This document shows, in pieces, positions 18,268 through 27,826 of a DNA stretch of 38,511 bases (the stretch's first letter is position 1; each line of letters starts with the position of its first letter). A program made the translations under genes and the position numbers. The stretch is taken from positions 1-38,511 of the forward strand of contig CAZXAI010000001.1 in assembly GCA_964638265.1 (NCBI GenBank). Reading direction: 5' to 3'. Origin of the DNA: an uncultured Zetaproteobacteria bacterium. Lineage in GTDB: Bacteria; Pseudomonadota; Zetaproteobacteria; Mariprofundales; Mariprofundaceae. The notes under the pieces are model-generated. The model was not told where the DNA came from. It did no database searches and saw nothing but the letters and a program-made list of their open reading frames with translations.

Positions 18268-19917
18268 CTATTTCAGTGTGGCGCGCATGATGTCACACAG
18301 GCTGTAATTCTGGCCTGTTTCCAGCACGGAACGAATTTTGAAATAGGCTTGCTGCTGACCCAGTAGTAGCTTGAATGTCATGTGTTTGTATACCTTGGTT
18401 GCAGGAAAAATCATGTGAGGTGTGCTGCCCGCTTGAATCAGTACAGGCCATGTGCGTTTGTCATGCATGGCTGCATCGCCGCCGGTGATGGTAGCCCTGG
18501 CCAGTTGGAAGTCCGGAGCGAAGAATTCGATACCGATCCGCTGCTCACCGGCTTTCATGGTTTTGGCCCAGCGGATAAATCCCAGTGCAGGCGCTGGCAG
18601 GTTTTTCTTATCCATGCCTGCTTTCCATGCAATGAAAGCGCGTTGCAGGCTATGTTCACCATACTGCCAGTCGAGCCCGACCAGATGCCCGGGCAATTCG
18701 GACGTCGCTTCCGCATGCATGCGCTCCAGACAGATGCCGGCCTGATTGAAGTCAATCAGGTTCCATGCCTTGGCCTGATCCCATTTGGCCGGCTTATGGC
18801 TGGCGTGTCGGGAGGCTGTCGATGTAAATGCCTTGATGAAGGCTTTGGCTACATTAAAATGGATTTGAACTCTGGCCTCGGCGTGCAGGGTGCGCTCAGC
18901 CGTTCTTTTTTCATCCCTGAATGCGGCCAGCATGGCCTGGCCGCCAATCAGGGCGCTTTCCAGCGCCTGTTCGGTGTGCAATGCTTTTTTTTGCATGTGT
19001 GGATCCAGCAATACGGCTTCGACACTGTGGATGGCCTTGTTCAGGCGTTCAGTCAGCTTATCGAGGTTGATGACGATGCAATCATAGACAACCGGATTGG
19101 GCAGACGCCGGATGATTTGCGCCGCATCGTTGGGTCTGTTCAGGTTGATGAGCAGCCAGCTGGCGCTGTCATGATGGATATCGGCGCCGGCAGGCGTATC
19201 GCCAGCGCAATAGAGATGCGGCCTCAGTACGCCAATATGGCATTGCAGTTCCTGCCATATTTGTTGTTGTCGGGAGCGGGGATGTGCGAAAAAATCGATC
19301 TTTCTCAAGATCTCGTGGTTACTTACCGCTTTGTACAGGCGTGATGTTTTTGACGGGGCGGCATCGCCCATGGCTTGCGATACATCCAGTCCGAGCCGGG
19401 CCAGGTCAAAAAACTGGCGCGTAACAATCACCGCAGGCGCCCGGTATTGCGCCATATCCATGCGCAGCAGCTGGACGGCCAGTTCAATGGCATTGGCGAT
19501 CATATCGACCAGGGCGGGGTAATAGTCAGGCTGCCTGCGTGCCGCATCCTGTACCAGTATAACGCCGATTTTGTGGGCGTTGAGTATGGCTGCGGTCATT
19601 TCCGCATCGAACAGGTCGAGCGCCTGTTCAAAGCGATTTAATACATCCAGACGGAATTTCAGCGGGATATGCGGATTGGCATTGAGCCGGCCCAGATAGT
19701 TTTTCATGCGCCGGGTCAGCTGCTTCATCTCGGTATCGGATGAACTCAGGGCATAATGGCCGAGCCTGTGTTCGATATCGGTAAAGGGCAGTATCAGGGC
19801 GTCGGTGAGCAGTTCTGCCTTGCCCAGACTTAATTGTTGCGGCAGCAGCCGCAGTTCAGTATCTAATCTTAGCGGGGGTGTAGATGCATCAGCTGTGTTG
19901 CCGCTGTTGTTAGTCAC
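18268..19917 (-). CDS. FimW-like helical protein with C-terminal PilZ-type domains (putative c-di-GMP receptor)
   Basis: RTAER (RxxxR), WNLIDFNQAGICL (DxSxxG-like), ALGFIRW..RIGIEFF; GTG start at 19917 overlapping the upstream stop. Confidence 0.6.
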   Translation of the reverse strand: MTNNSGNTADASTPPLRLDTELRLLPQQLSLGKAELLTDALILPFTDIEHRLGHYALSSSDTEMKQLTRRMKNYLGRLNANPHIPLKFRLDVLNRFEQALDLFDAEMTAAILNAHKIGVILVQDAARRQPDYYPALVDMIANAIELAVQLLRMDMAQYRAPAVIVTRQFFDLARLGLDVSQAMGDAAPSKTSRLYKAVSNHEILRKIDFFAHPRSRQQQIWQELQCHIGVLRPHLYCAGDTPAGADIHHDSASWLLINLNRPNDAAQIIRRLPNPVVYDCIVINLDKLTERLNKAIHSVEAVLLDPHMQKKALHTEQALESALIGGQAMLAAFRDEKRTAERTLHAEARVQIHFNVAKAFIKAFTSTASRHASHKPAKWDQAKAWNLIDFNQAGICLERMHAEATSELPGHLVGLDWQYGEHSLQRAFIAWKAGMDKKNLPAPALGFIRWAKTMKAGEQRIGIEFFAPDFQLARATITGGDAAMHDKRTWPVLIQAGSTPHMIFPATKVYKHMTFKLLLGQQQAYFKIRSVLETGQNYSLCDIMRATLK

Positions 19918-21310
19918 CCGTGCAGATGCGTTCGATGAGCTGTTTGGTGGTGGGGACAAAACCATTGGCAAAAAACGGGTCATCGGCAAAACGGTAAGCG
20001 GCATGACCGGCAAACATCAGATTATTATCCGGCTCTTCGCCATGGCCGATTTGTTGCAGCGTTTTCTGAATGCAAAAACTGCGCGGGTCGGCTTTGTGGC
20101 CGGTGGTGCCGCGTTCATTGGCCGCCCAGTTGCTGAATTTGCATTGGGATAAACAACCCATGCAGTCGAGTTGATCCTGGCGGATTTCCCTGGCTTTTTC
20201 TGGCGAGACAAAGATCAGGGTGGAATCCGGCGTGGGCAATGCCTTGCTAAAACCTTCGCCGATGAACTGCTGGGCGCGTTTCAGATCATGCCGGGTCAGA
20301 TAAACTTCCTTGTTGCGCACGCCGAAGGTGAACAGTTCGGAATGGTCGCCGGCCGGATGATCGACAAAGGCGATTTCCCGGTCTGAGCGTTCATACAGTT
20401 CATGCAGGAAGGAATTGTACACGGCTGACGAATAGAAGCCGGTGGGCGAAAAACGGTTCAGACGGATATCGCCTTCTTTCAGGGTCATCAGGCGTTTTTT
20501 CCATAAATCGGAAATGGGGCTTTCCTGCGTGAGCAGGGCGCGGGTGCCAAACTGGAAGGTGATGGGGCCGATTTCCGGGTTATTCAGCCAGTTGGCCCAT
20601 TCGCGCAAATACCAGACGCCGCCGGCCATGATAATCGGTGTGTGCTGCAAACCAAAATCATTCATGGTCTTGCGCAGGGCGGCCACGCGCGGGTATGGAT
20701 CTTCCGGCACATCCGGGCTTTCCGAATTGGACAGGCCGTTATGACCGCCGGCCAGCCACGGGTCTTCGTAGACCACGCCGCCGAGCAGTTCGGGCTGTTT
20801 GCGGTAAGAACGCAACCACAGGGCCCGGAACGCGCGTCCGGAGGAAATAATCGGGTAATAATGGACATTGTATTTGGCTGCCAGTGCCGCCAGTTTGAAC
20901 GGCATGCCTGCGCCACAGGTAATGCCATGCACCATGCCTTTGGCGCCTTCCATAACGCCTTCGAGCACGCGCTCGGCGCCGCCCATCTCCCACAATACAT
21001 TCATATGCAGCCGACCATGACCGCCGGCAATTTCATGCGCGATTTGCGCCTGTTTGATGCCGCCCCTGATGCCCTGAGCTACCAGTTCCTCAAAACGCTC
21101 CTTGCGGCTGCGTCCTTTATAGACGGTGCGGATCACCTCGCCGTTTTCATCGACATCATCGGCATTGACCGCCGAGAAGGTGCCCACGCAATTGGCTGCT
21201 GCCCATGCGCCGGAGCTTTCGCCGGTGGAAATGGCCACGCCCTTACCTCCCTCAATCAGGGGAAGCACTTCCTTTCCTGATATCATGATGGGTTGAAGGT
21301 CGATTGACAT
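19910..21310 (-). CDS. Nitronate monooxygenase family / NAD(P)H-dependent flavin oxidoreductase with Cys-rich C-terminus
   Basis: PLIEGGKG, NVLWEMGG, TCGAGMP, YEDPWLAGGHNG, AGGVW, FQFGTR, CMGCLSQC, FCIQKTL. Confidence 0.88.
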   Translation of the reverse strand: MSIDLQPIMISGKEVLPLIEGGKGVAISTGESSGAWAAANCVGTFSAVNADDVDENGEVIRTVYKGRSRKERFEELVAQGIRGGIKQAQIAHEIAGGHGRLHMNVLWEMGGAERVLEGVMEGAKGMVHGITCGAGMPFKLAALAAKYNVHYYPIISSGRAFRALWLRSYRKQPELLGGVVYEDPWLAGGHNGLSNSESPDVPEDPYPRVAALRKTMNDFGLQHTPIIMAGGVWYLREWANWLNNPEIGPITFQFGTRALLTQESPISDLWKKRLMTLKEGDIRLNRFSPTGFYSSAVYNSFLHELYERSDREIAFVDHPAGDHSELFTFGVRNKEVYLTRHDLKRAQQFIGEGFSKALPTPDSTLIFVSPEKAREIRQDQLDCMGCLSQCKFSNWAANERGTTGHKADPRSFCIQKTLQQIGHGEEPDNNLMFAGHAAYRFADDPFFANGFVPTTKQLIERICTGD

Positions 21311-21412
21311 GGGTGTGTTTCCTTGGATTCCGGTGGTCGGAAGATTTTCCTGTATTCAGGGTGACGGAACACTAGCAAAGGCGGTGCTCAGTGGCAAAGC
21401 GCAGTCCCGCCC

Positions 21413-22870
21413 TTATGAGTCCAGTAAACGCTGATACAGGCTGACGTAATCACCAGCCGATGCTTCCCATGAAGAATCGCGTTCTAATGCATTGTTGCGC
21501 ATACGCGACCACGCGGCTTTATCGTGAAACAGCGTTACCGCCTGCTCAACCGCGATATCGAATGCTTCGGGTATTGCATCGGTGAAATGGATGCCGGTGG
21601 CGTGGCTCTTGTCGTGAGCGTAATCAATGACTGTGTCTTTCAGGCCGCCGGTAGCTCTTACCACGGGTACGGCGCCGTAGCGCATGGCCATCAACTGGCC
21701 CAGGCCGCAGGGCTCAAAGCGCGATGGCATCAGAAATATATCGCCGCCGGCATAAATGCGGCGGGCCAGTTGTTCATTAAAGCCGCGCCAGAAATACATC
21801 TGCTGCGGGTGTGTTTTGGCCAGATGATGCAACGCATGTTCGCAATGCGGGTCGCCGGATCCGAGTACGACCAGTTGATAACCGCGCTCCACCCAGGCCG
21901 CTGCATTGGCGAGCAGTAAGTCTATGCCTTTCTGATCAGCCAGACGTGAAATAATCACCATCAATGGCGTGTCTGCCGACACTGTCAGGCCACATTCCTG
22001 CTGTAATGCCTGTTTGCACGCCTGTTTGCCGGCGCTGTTTCCGGGCCCGAATGTGGCTGTCAGCGCGCTATCGGTGGCCGGGTTCCATTCGTTGATATTC
22101 AGGCCGTTGACGATGCCGGAGAGTTTATGGTGGTGCTCTTGCAGGAAGCCCTGGAGTTCACAGCCGTATTCATCGGTCATGATTTCTTCTGCATAGGATG
22201 GGCTGACGGTGGTAATGGCATGGGCGGAGGCAATGCCTGCTTTCATGCAGTTGATTTGGCCGTGGAATTCAAAACCGCCGGGATGAAAATGATGGCTGGG
22301 TATGCCGAGCCGGTGAATCCAGTCGGCCCCGAATACGCCCTGATAGGCCAGGTTGTGTATGGTGTATACCGTGCGGGCTGAGGCAATGGATGGGTGATGC
22401 TGATACTGGGTTTGCAGCAGCAGGGGAATCATGCCGGTCTGCCAGTCATGGCAGTGCAGAATATCCACCGCGTTATCGAGTTGTGCGGCGACCTCCAGGG
22501 CCACGCGGTCGAACAGTAAAAAGCGCAGCAGATTATCTGCATAGGCGCCGCCGGCCGGGCCATATATGCCTTCGCGGTCGTACAGGTCATCCTGTTCGAT
22601 GAGGATGAATCGCAGTCCATCCACCACGGATTCATGCAGGGGGCAATGGCGCTGAATGCCATCGGCCCACATTTCAATGCTGATATTCAGCGGGCTTGTG
22701 GCGATGCCCGAGGCCGCAATATGACGTCGGTAAAACGGCATGATGACGGTAACTGTATGTCCAAGGTGTTGCAGTGCATGCGGCAACGAGCCGGCGACAT
22801 CGGCCAGACCGCCTGTTTTGGCCAGTGGCGAAGCTTCTGAAGCAATAAATACGATGTTGAGTCCGGACAT
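21413..22870 (-). CDS. glgA: Glycogen synthase
   Basis: KTGGLADV, HCHDWQ, TIHNLAYQG, SRLADQKG, MPSRFEPCGLGQL, TGGLKDTV. Confidence 0.97.
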   Translation of the reverse strand: MSGLNIVFIASEASPLAKTGGLADVAGSLPHALQHLGHTVTVIMPFYRRHIAASGIATSPLNISIEMWADGIQRHCPLHESVVDGLRFILIEQDDLYDREGIYGPAGGAYADNLLRFLLFDRVALEVAAQLDNAVDILHCHDWQTGMIPLLLQTQYQHHPSIASARTVYTIHNLAYQGVFGADWIHRLGIPSHHFHPGGFEFHGQINCMKAGIASAHAITTVSPSYAEEIMTDEYGCELQGFLQEHHHKLSGIVNGLNINEWNPATDSALTATFGPGNSAGKQACKQALQQECGLTVSADTPLMVIISRLADQKGIDLLLANAAAWVERGYQLVVLGSGDPHCEHALHHLAKTHPQQMYFWRGFNEQLARRIYAGGDIFLMPSRFEPCGLGQLMAMRYGAVPVVRATGGLKDTVIDYAHDKSHATGIHFTDAIPEAFDIAVEQAVTLFHDKAAWSRMRNNALERDSSWEASAGDYVSLYQRLLDS

Positions 22871-23020
22871 GTGTCTCCCCCTGTTTCATGGCGCGCAATG
22901 CTAGCACAAACCGGCTCATATCTGAAAACTGCAACTGAAGGGTGGTCTTTTTAGCAGGCAAAGGTAAGCTGTGCATTGGTGCGTAGCCGCATCGACAAAA
23001 CGAAAGCAGGGGAGGGTGAC

Positions 23021-24667
23021 GTGTCTGATCTGACGCAGTTGGCTGAATGGAAAAATCTGGCGGAGCACGCCAAAGTGATGAAACAGACGCATATGCGAGA
23101 TCTGTTTGCCAGTGATCCGGAACGCTTTAAAAACAACTCGATTCAGATTGGCGACATGCTGGTGGATTACTCCAAAAATATTATCACTGAAGAGACCAAA
23201 CAGATGCTGTTCGCCCTGGCTCGGGCGCGCGATGTGTCCGGCTGGACCAGGCGTCTGCTGGATGGCGAGAAAATCAATAATACGGAACAACGCGCTGTAT
23301 TGCATACGGCGCTGCGCAACCGTTCCAACCGCCCGATTATGGTCGATGGCAAGGATGTGATGCCCGATGTGAACCGGGTGTTGAAACAGATGCGTGCGTT
23401 TACCGAAGCCGTGCGTTCGGGTGAATGGAAGGGTAATACCGGCAAACGCATTACCGATATCGTCAATATCGGCATTGGCGGATCCGATCTCGGGCCGGTC
23501 ATGGTCACCGAAGCGCTGACGCCGTACGGGCGCGATAAGCTGCATATGCATTTTGTCTCCAATGTCGATGGCACCCATATGGTCGAGACATTGCGCCACC
23601 TGCACCGCGAAACAACATTATTCGTGATTGTATCCAAAACCTTTACCACCCAGGAAACCATTACCAATGCGCGTACGGCGCGCGACTGGTTCCTGACCCG
23701 TGGCGGCACCAAAACAGCGGTCGCCAAGCATTTTGTAGCGGTGTCCACCAATGCCCGCGCGGTGTCGGCATTCGGCATTGATCCGGCCAATATGTTCGAG
23801 TTCTGGGACTGGGTCGGTGGTCGTTATTCATTATGGAGTGCGGTGGGCTTATCGATTGCCTTGTATCTCGGCATGGATAATTTTGAGGATCTGCTGGCCG
23901 GTGCGCATGAGATGGATGAGCATTTCCGCAACGCGCCGCTGGAGGAGAATGTGCCGGTGATTCTGGCCATGCTGGGCGTCTGGTATAATAATTTCTTTGA
24001 TGCGGATTCGCATGCATTGTTGCCCTATGACCAATACATGCATCGCTTTCCGGCCTATTTTCAGCAGGGTGATATGGAGAGCAATGGCAAGTCTGTGACC
24101 CATGCCGGCCAACCGGTGGATTATTCCACCGGCCCGATCATCTGGGGCGAACCCGGCACCAATGGACAGCATGCGTTTTATCAGTTGATTCATCAGGGTA
24201 CCAAACTGGTTCCCTGCGATTTTCTGGCCCCGGTTGAAACCAAGAATCCGGTGGGCCGCCACCACCCGATGCTTCTGTCCAACTATTTTGCCCAGACCGA
24301 GGCCTTGATGCTGGGTAAAACCGAGGCGCAGGTTCGTGTGGAACTGGAAGCCGACGGACTCAGCGGCGAAGCGCTGGAGTTGCTGGTGCCGCACAAGGTG
24401 TTTCCCGGCAATAAACCGACCAATTCTATTTTGTTCCAGAAGCTGACGCCGCATGCGCTCGGCGGGCTGATTGCCATGTATGAACATAAAACCTTTGTGC
24501 AGAGTGTGATCTGGGATGTGAATGCATTCGATCAGTGGGGGGTCGAACTGGGCAAACAACTGGCGCGCAAGATTCTGCCGGAGCTGGATGATTATGACGA
24601 TGTGAACGTCCATGACAGCTCGACCAATGGACTGATCAATTACTATAAAGAGCACAGAAAGGAATAG
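23021..24667 (+). CDS. pgi: Glucose-6-phosphate isomerase
   Basis: [52 protein letters not shown]; GTG start at 23021 with GGAGG RBS. Confidence 0.98.
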   Translation: MSDLTQLAEWKNLAEHAKVMKQTHMRDLFASDPERFKNNSIQIGDMLVDYSKNIITEETKQMLFALARARDVSGWTRRLLDGEKINNTEQRAVLHTALRNRSNRPIMVDGKDVMPDVNRVLKQMRAFTEAVRSGEWKGNTGKRITDIVNIGIGGSDLGPVMVTEALTPYGRDKLHMHFVSNVDGTHMVETLRHLHRETTLFVIVSKTFTTQETITNARTARDWFLTRGGTKTAVAKHFVAVSTNARAVSAFGIDPANMFEFWDWVGGRYSLWSAVGLSIALYLGMDNFEDLLAGAHEMDEHFRNAPLEENVPVILAMLGVWYNNFFDADSHALLPYDQYMHRFPAYFQQGDMESNGKSVTHAGQPVDYSTGPIIWGEPGTNGQHAFYQLIHQGTKLVPCDFLAPVETKNPVGRHHPMLLSNYFAQTEALMLGKTEAQVRVELEADGLSGEALELLVPHKVFPGNKPTNSILFQKLTPHALGGLIAMYEHKTFVQSVIWDVNAFDQWGVELGKQLARKILPELDDYDDVNVHDSSTNGLINYYKEHRKE

Positions 24668-24714
24668 TTTGCTGTATCGAAGCGGGTTTGAACCGGACGG
24701 TCTGAACAGGGTTT

Positions 24715-24743
24715 TTGACGTCAAGACGTCATAATGTTAATTT
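24715..24743 (+). promoter_or_regulatory. Putative sigma70 promoter overlapped by a GACGTC operator-like repeat
   Basis: Palindrome TTGACGTCAA (contains -35-like TTGACG) followed by a second GACGTC; extended -10-like TGTTAATTT at 17-bp spacing. Confidence 0.45.
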
Positions 24744-24761
24744 TCTGTTTTGAGGTGACGC

Positions 24762-24998
24762 ATGGAAAAAGCGAAAGCAAAGCAGGCTACAATCTATCTG
24801 GATGAAAACATTCACCGTGCCATCAAGCTGAAGGCTGCCGGTAGCAATTGCTCTATTTCTGATGTGGTGAATGAGGCGGTATGCAATCTGCTGGCTGAAG
24901 AGCATAAGAACCTGATGGCCTTTGAGGCGCAGGAATACCAGCCCTTTATGAGCTATGAAGAGCTGCTGGATGATTTGAAGTCAGAAGGTAAAATATAG
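24762..24998 (+). CDS. Ribbon-helix-helix (CopG-like) protein, antitoxin-like
   Basis: ATIYLDENIHRAIKLKAA..SISDVVNEAV RHH pattern; acidic tail SYEELLDDLKSEGKI; GAGG RBS. Confidence 0.75.
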   Translation: MEKAKAKQATIYLDENIHRAIKLKAAGSNCSISDVVNEAVCNLLAEEHKNLMAFEAQEYQPFMSYEELLDDLKSEGKI

Positions 24999-25092
24999 CC
25001 GGATTGATCGTCTGGCCGCATTCGTTGCGCCTCTGCCGGCTGGCAAGACAGCGCAGTTTGTTCGATGAAGCCCTAATTAAAAGGCATTAACT

Positions 25093-25108
25093 TGTGATGT
25101 ATATCACA
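25093..25108. promoter_or_regulatory. CRP/FNR-family binding site (perfect CRP-type palindrome)
   Basis: TGTGA-tgtata-TCACA (extended TTGTGATGTATATCACAA) in AT-rich intergenic DNA, about 120 bp upstream of the ATG at 25229. Confidence 0.7.
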
Positions 25109-25228
25109 AATATTGTAGCGCACCCTCATGCAGTGTTGGCGCACGTTTCAGCAGCGCCTGCCTGAGCCGGTGTTGACAGGAAACACGCCGTAACGCGCCT
25201 GCTGTTTGACATATCCGGAGGAAGCCCG

Positions 25229-26320
25229 ATGAAAGCAAAGTTATTATGGATGAGTATATCTGCCCTGTTGTTACTGGCGCCGTCGAGTTGGGCTGCAAGT
25301 TATAACCGGCATGCTGATCTGAAGCCGTTATATCCGGTTGCGCCGCTTATTGTGAAAAAGGGTATGGATAGTACGTACCCGTCAGTCGCCGGCGATTTTC
25401 TGGTGTTTGAAACGTATCGCAATGGCGTATTCCGTGTCGAACGGGTATCCAGGAGTTCACCGAATGGGTCATCCAGGTCGGTTAAGCCTATGGTGGTCAG
25501 AGAGGCCATCCGTTTTGGCGTGGCTGTCAACGATGGTTCGGTGGGCTTTGTGAGCAACAGAACCGGCCCGATCAGTTCATGGATGTGGATGGGGCATGGC
25601 GAGAGTTATGCGGCTATTGGGCACATGGGTGTATTCAGAGGAAATATTATACCATACCACTTAAATGCAACCGGGGATGGCTCCGTCTGGTGTTATGATG
25701 CGTCGCTACAGAAAACGCGTATGAATGAAATGCTGAATGAATTTGCCAAGCACCCGTACGTTGAAATGATCGGCCAGTTATGGCGCACTTACGATTCGGA
25801 CAGCTTCATGCATAAGCAAGGTTATAACAAGACCAGAGCCGGCAAGAAAAATAAACTCTCCCCGCCGGTATTGTTTGTATTTAATCGTAACACCGTACAG
25901 TTGAATATGGTTCCCAATGCCTTTGACGGAACGCTTTCACCCGATGGCCGCAAGCTGGTTTTTGTGAGAGAAACCAGGGGTAATTACGATTTGTGGATGC
26001 AGACGGTTGATGGCGGCGAACTGGTTCAATTGACCGATTCCGAGTTTGGTGATTTTGAGCCGCAATTCAGCCCCGATGGACGCAAGCTGCTGTTTGTATC
26101 CAACCGTGATTATGGCGGCACCGTGACCAGAACATCCATCTATATGATGGATATGAAGAGCTTTCAGGTCACCCGTTTAACCAATGCCCGTAATGCAGTC
26201 GATGGCGGGCCGGCCTGGCTGGATAACAACACCATCGTGTTCCATTCTGATCGCAACCCGGCCAAGCCGCAAACCGGCACCATATCCGGCTGGAATATCT
26301 GGCAACTGAAGTTGCGTTGA
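25229..26320 (+). CDS. Exported TolB-like beta-propeller (PD40 repeats) protein 1
   Basis: Signal peptide ending SWA-A; SPDGRKLVFV, PQFSPDGRKLLFVSNR, PAW..IVFHSDR repeats. Confidence 0.85.
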   Translation: MKAKLLWMSISALLLLAPSSWAASYNRHADLKPLYPVAPLIVKKGMDSTYPSVAGDFLVFETYRNGVFRVERVSRSSPNGSSRSVKPMVVREAIRFGVAVNDGSVGFVSNRTGPISSWMWMGHGESYAAIGHMGVFRGNIIPYHLNATGDGSVWCYDASLQKTRMNEMLNEFAKHPYVEMIGQLWRTYDSDSFMHKQGYNKTRAGKKNKLSPPVLFVFNRNTVQLNMVPNAFDGTLSPDGRKLVFVRETRGNYDLWMQTVDGGELVQLTDSEFGDFEPQFSPDGRKLLFVSNRDYGGTVTRTSIYMMDMKSFQVTRLTNARNAVDGGPAWLDNNTIVFHSDRNPAKPQTGTISGWNIWQLKLR

Positions 26321-27456
26321 TTGAGACAGACGGCGCATTGGGCGGAAATAATGGGCGGGCTGGCATAATGTACGGCGCTTTATGGCTGACAGCCGCAATG
26401 CTGGCGTTTGCACCACCATTGCAAGCTCAGGATTTAATGGACTGGCTGCATGCCGATGGGTCAGAACGCAGCGTCCAGCATGCTGATGTTGCAAACATAT
26501 ATATGACGCAACTGGTGACTCTGGAACCGGGTGAAAGTGAGATGTATCCAAAGGTGTCTCCGGATAGCAAGTATTTGCTGGTGGTGTCCGGAAAAAACCG
26601 CAAACCTGTGATTACACGCCGTCTGATTGAAAACGGTGATCCAATCAACCTGGTCAGTGAAAATGACCCTCAGGCACTGGATTCTATTGCATGGTATGGC
26701 AATGACAGTGTGATATTTCTGTCATACCGGGCGGATAGTCTGGGTCTGTGGAAAAAGCCGGTGGCCGGTGGCGCCACGCGACGTTTCCAGCGCCTGGATG
26801 GCGAACTGAGGAACCCTGTGCTGCTGGACGATGGCACGATCATCGCTGTCCGTTTGCAAGCAGCCACGCAGCGCCGGGCATCGCCCAGCCATAAACGGAT
26901 CCGGCCAGGTTTTGATAACTGGGATATGCGCGGTAAACGCTCATACATGGTTCGGATTAACCGGAATGGTGCTGAGCGTGAATTGACAGCCGGTGCAAAT
27001 CCGGCCTTGTCACCGGATGGTAAACGGCTGGTGTTCTGTATGCAGGAGGGGCGTAGCTGGCATTTGTTTATGATGGATGTGGATGGCGCCAATCTGATTC
27101 AGCTGACAGAAGGTGAGCATGTAGATGTACAGCCAACATGGAGTCCGGATGGCAAGTGGATTGCTTTTACATCCAATCGTGGCACACAGGTCAAATCCAG
27201 TCACGGCGATGCTGATATGCATCACGCAGGCAAGGTGAACTGGGATATCTGGCTGATCAGTCACGATGGCCGTGGCCTGACCCGGTTGACGCAGGATAAT
27301 GGCCGGGATGGCGCTCCCGCCATTGCCAAGAATGGCCGGGTGTATTTTCATTCGGATCGTAAGGTGAACAAGGAAAACAGCCGCCTGCATCAAGTGAAGG
27401 GAAGGGTGAAAGGGTTTCATATCTGGAGCGTGGAACTGCCGGCCAAGGTCAGTTAA
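26317..27456 (+). CDS. Exported TolB-like beta-propeller (PD40 repeats) protein 2
   Basis: Signal-like hydrophobic segment (alternative start ATG 26368); PKVSPDSK, PALSPDGKRLVF, PTWSPDGKWIAFTSNR, FHSDR repeats. Confidence 0.85.
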   Translation: MIETDGALGGNNGRAGIMYGALWLTAAMLAFAPPLQAQDLMDWLHADGSERSVQHADVANIYMTQLVTLEPGESEMYPKVSPDSKYLLVVSGKNRKPVITRRLIENGDPINLVSENDPQALDSIAWYGNDSVIFLSYRADSLGLWKKPVAGGATRRFQRLDGELRNPVLLDDGTIIAVRLQAATQRRASPSHKRIRPGFDNWDMRGKRSYMVRINRNGAERELTAGANPALSPDGKRLVFCMQEGRSWHLFMMDVDGANLIQLTEGEHVDVQPTWSPDGKWIAFTSNRGTQVKSSHGDADMHHAGKVNWDIWLISHDGRGLTRLTQDNGRDGAPAIAKNGRVYFHSDRKVNKENSRLHQVKGRVKGFHIWSVELPAKVS

Positions 27457-27562
27457 CATGAAACAAACAACGCGGCCTGCATGATTTTTTCCAGCCCGTG
27501 GTACTGTTTCATACCACAGGCTGGAAAAAAATCCATGCGCGTTAAGCCAGCAATCGCCCGGG

Positions 27563-27826
27563 CTACTCCTGCGTCGCCGATGTCGCCTTGTTGTCCAGCG
27601 CCTGATGCAGTTGTTTTTGCTGCTGTTCGGACAAACGAATCTGGCCGTAATCGTTGGCTTTTATCAGTTCACTGATTTTATGCATCAGCTTCAAATCATG
27701 GTCGCAGTTTTGACAGTTGCTGCACATCGACAAATGTAGCTTTAGTCGCAATCGTTCCCACAGGCTCAGTGGTCGATCCAGACTATCGGATGCCAGACGG
27801 CTGGCATAATGACATGAGTGTTTCAT
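27563..27826 (-). CDS. Zinc-binding anti-sigma factor (zf-HC2/ZAS)
   Basis: HLSMCSNC (HxxxCxxC); ATG 27826 overlaps the sigma-factor stop. Confidence 0.88.
   Translation of the reverse strand: MKHSCHYASRLASDSLDRPLSLWERLRLKLHLSMCSNCQNCDHDLKLMHKISELIKANDYGQIRLSEQQQKQLHQALDNKATSATQE

Noticed and set aside
18382-19344. Long alternative-frame ORFs (also 2690-3406, 7509-8399, 20642-21280, 22916-23605, 23849-24724)
   Set aside because: These are antisense shadows of well-supported genes in GC-rich DNA with no recognisable motifs.
25229-27456. tolB gene symbol
   Set aside because: No TolB N-terminal alpha/beta domain is recognisable and there is no tol-pal context.
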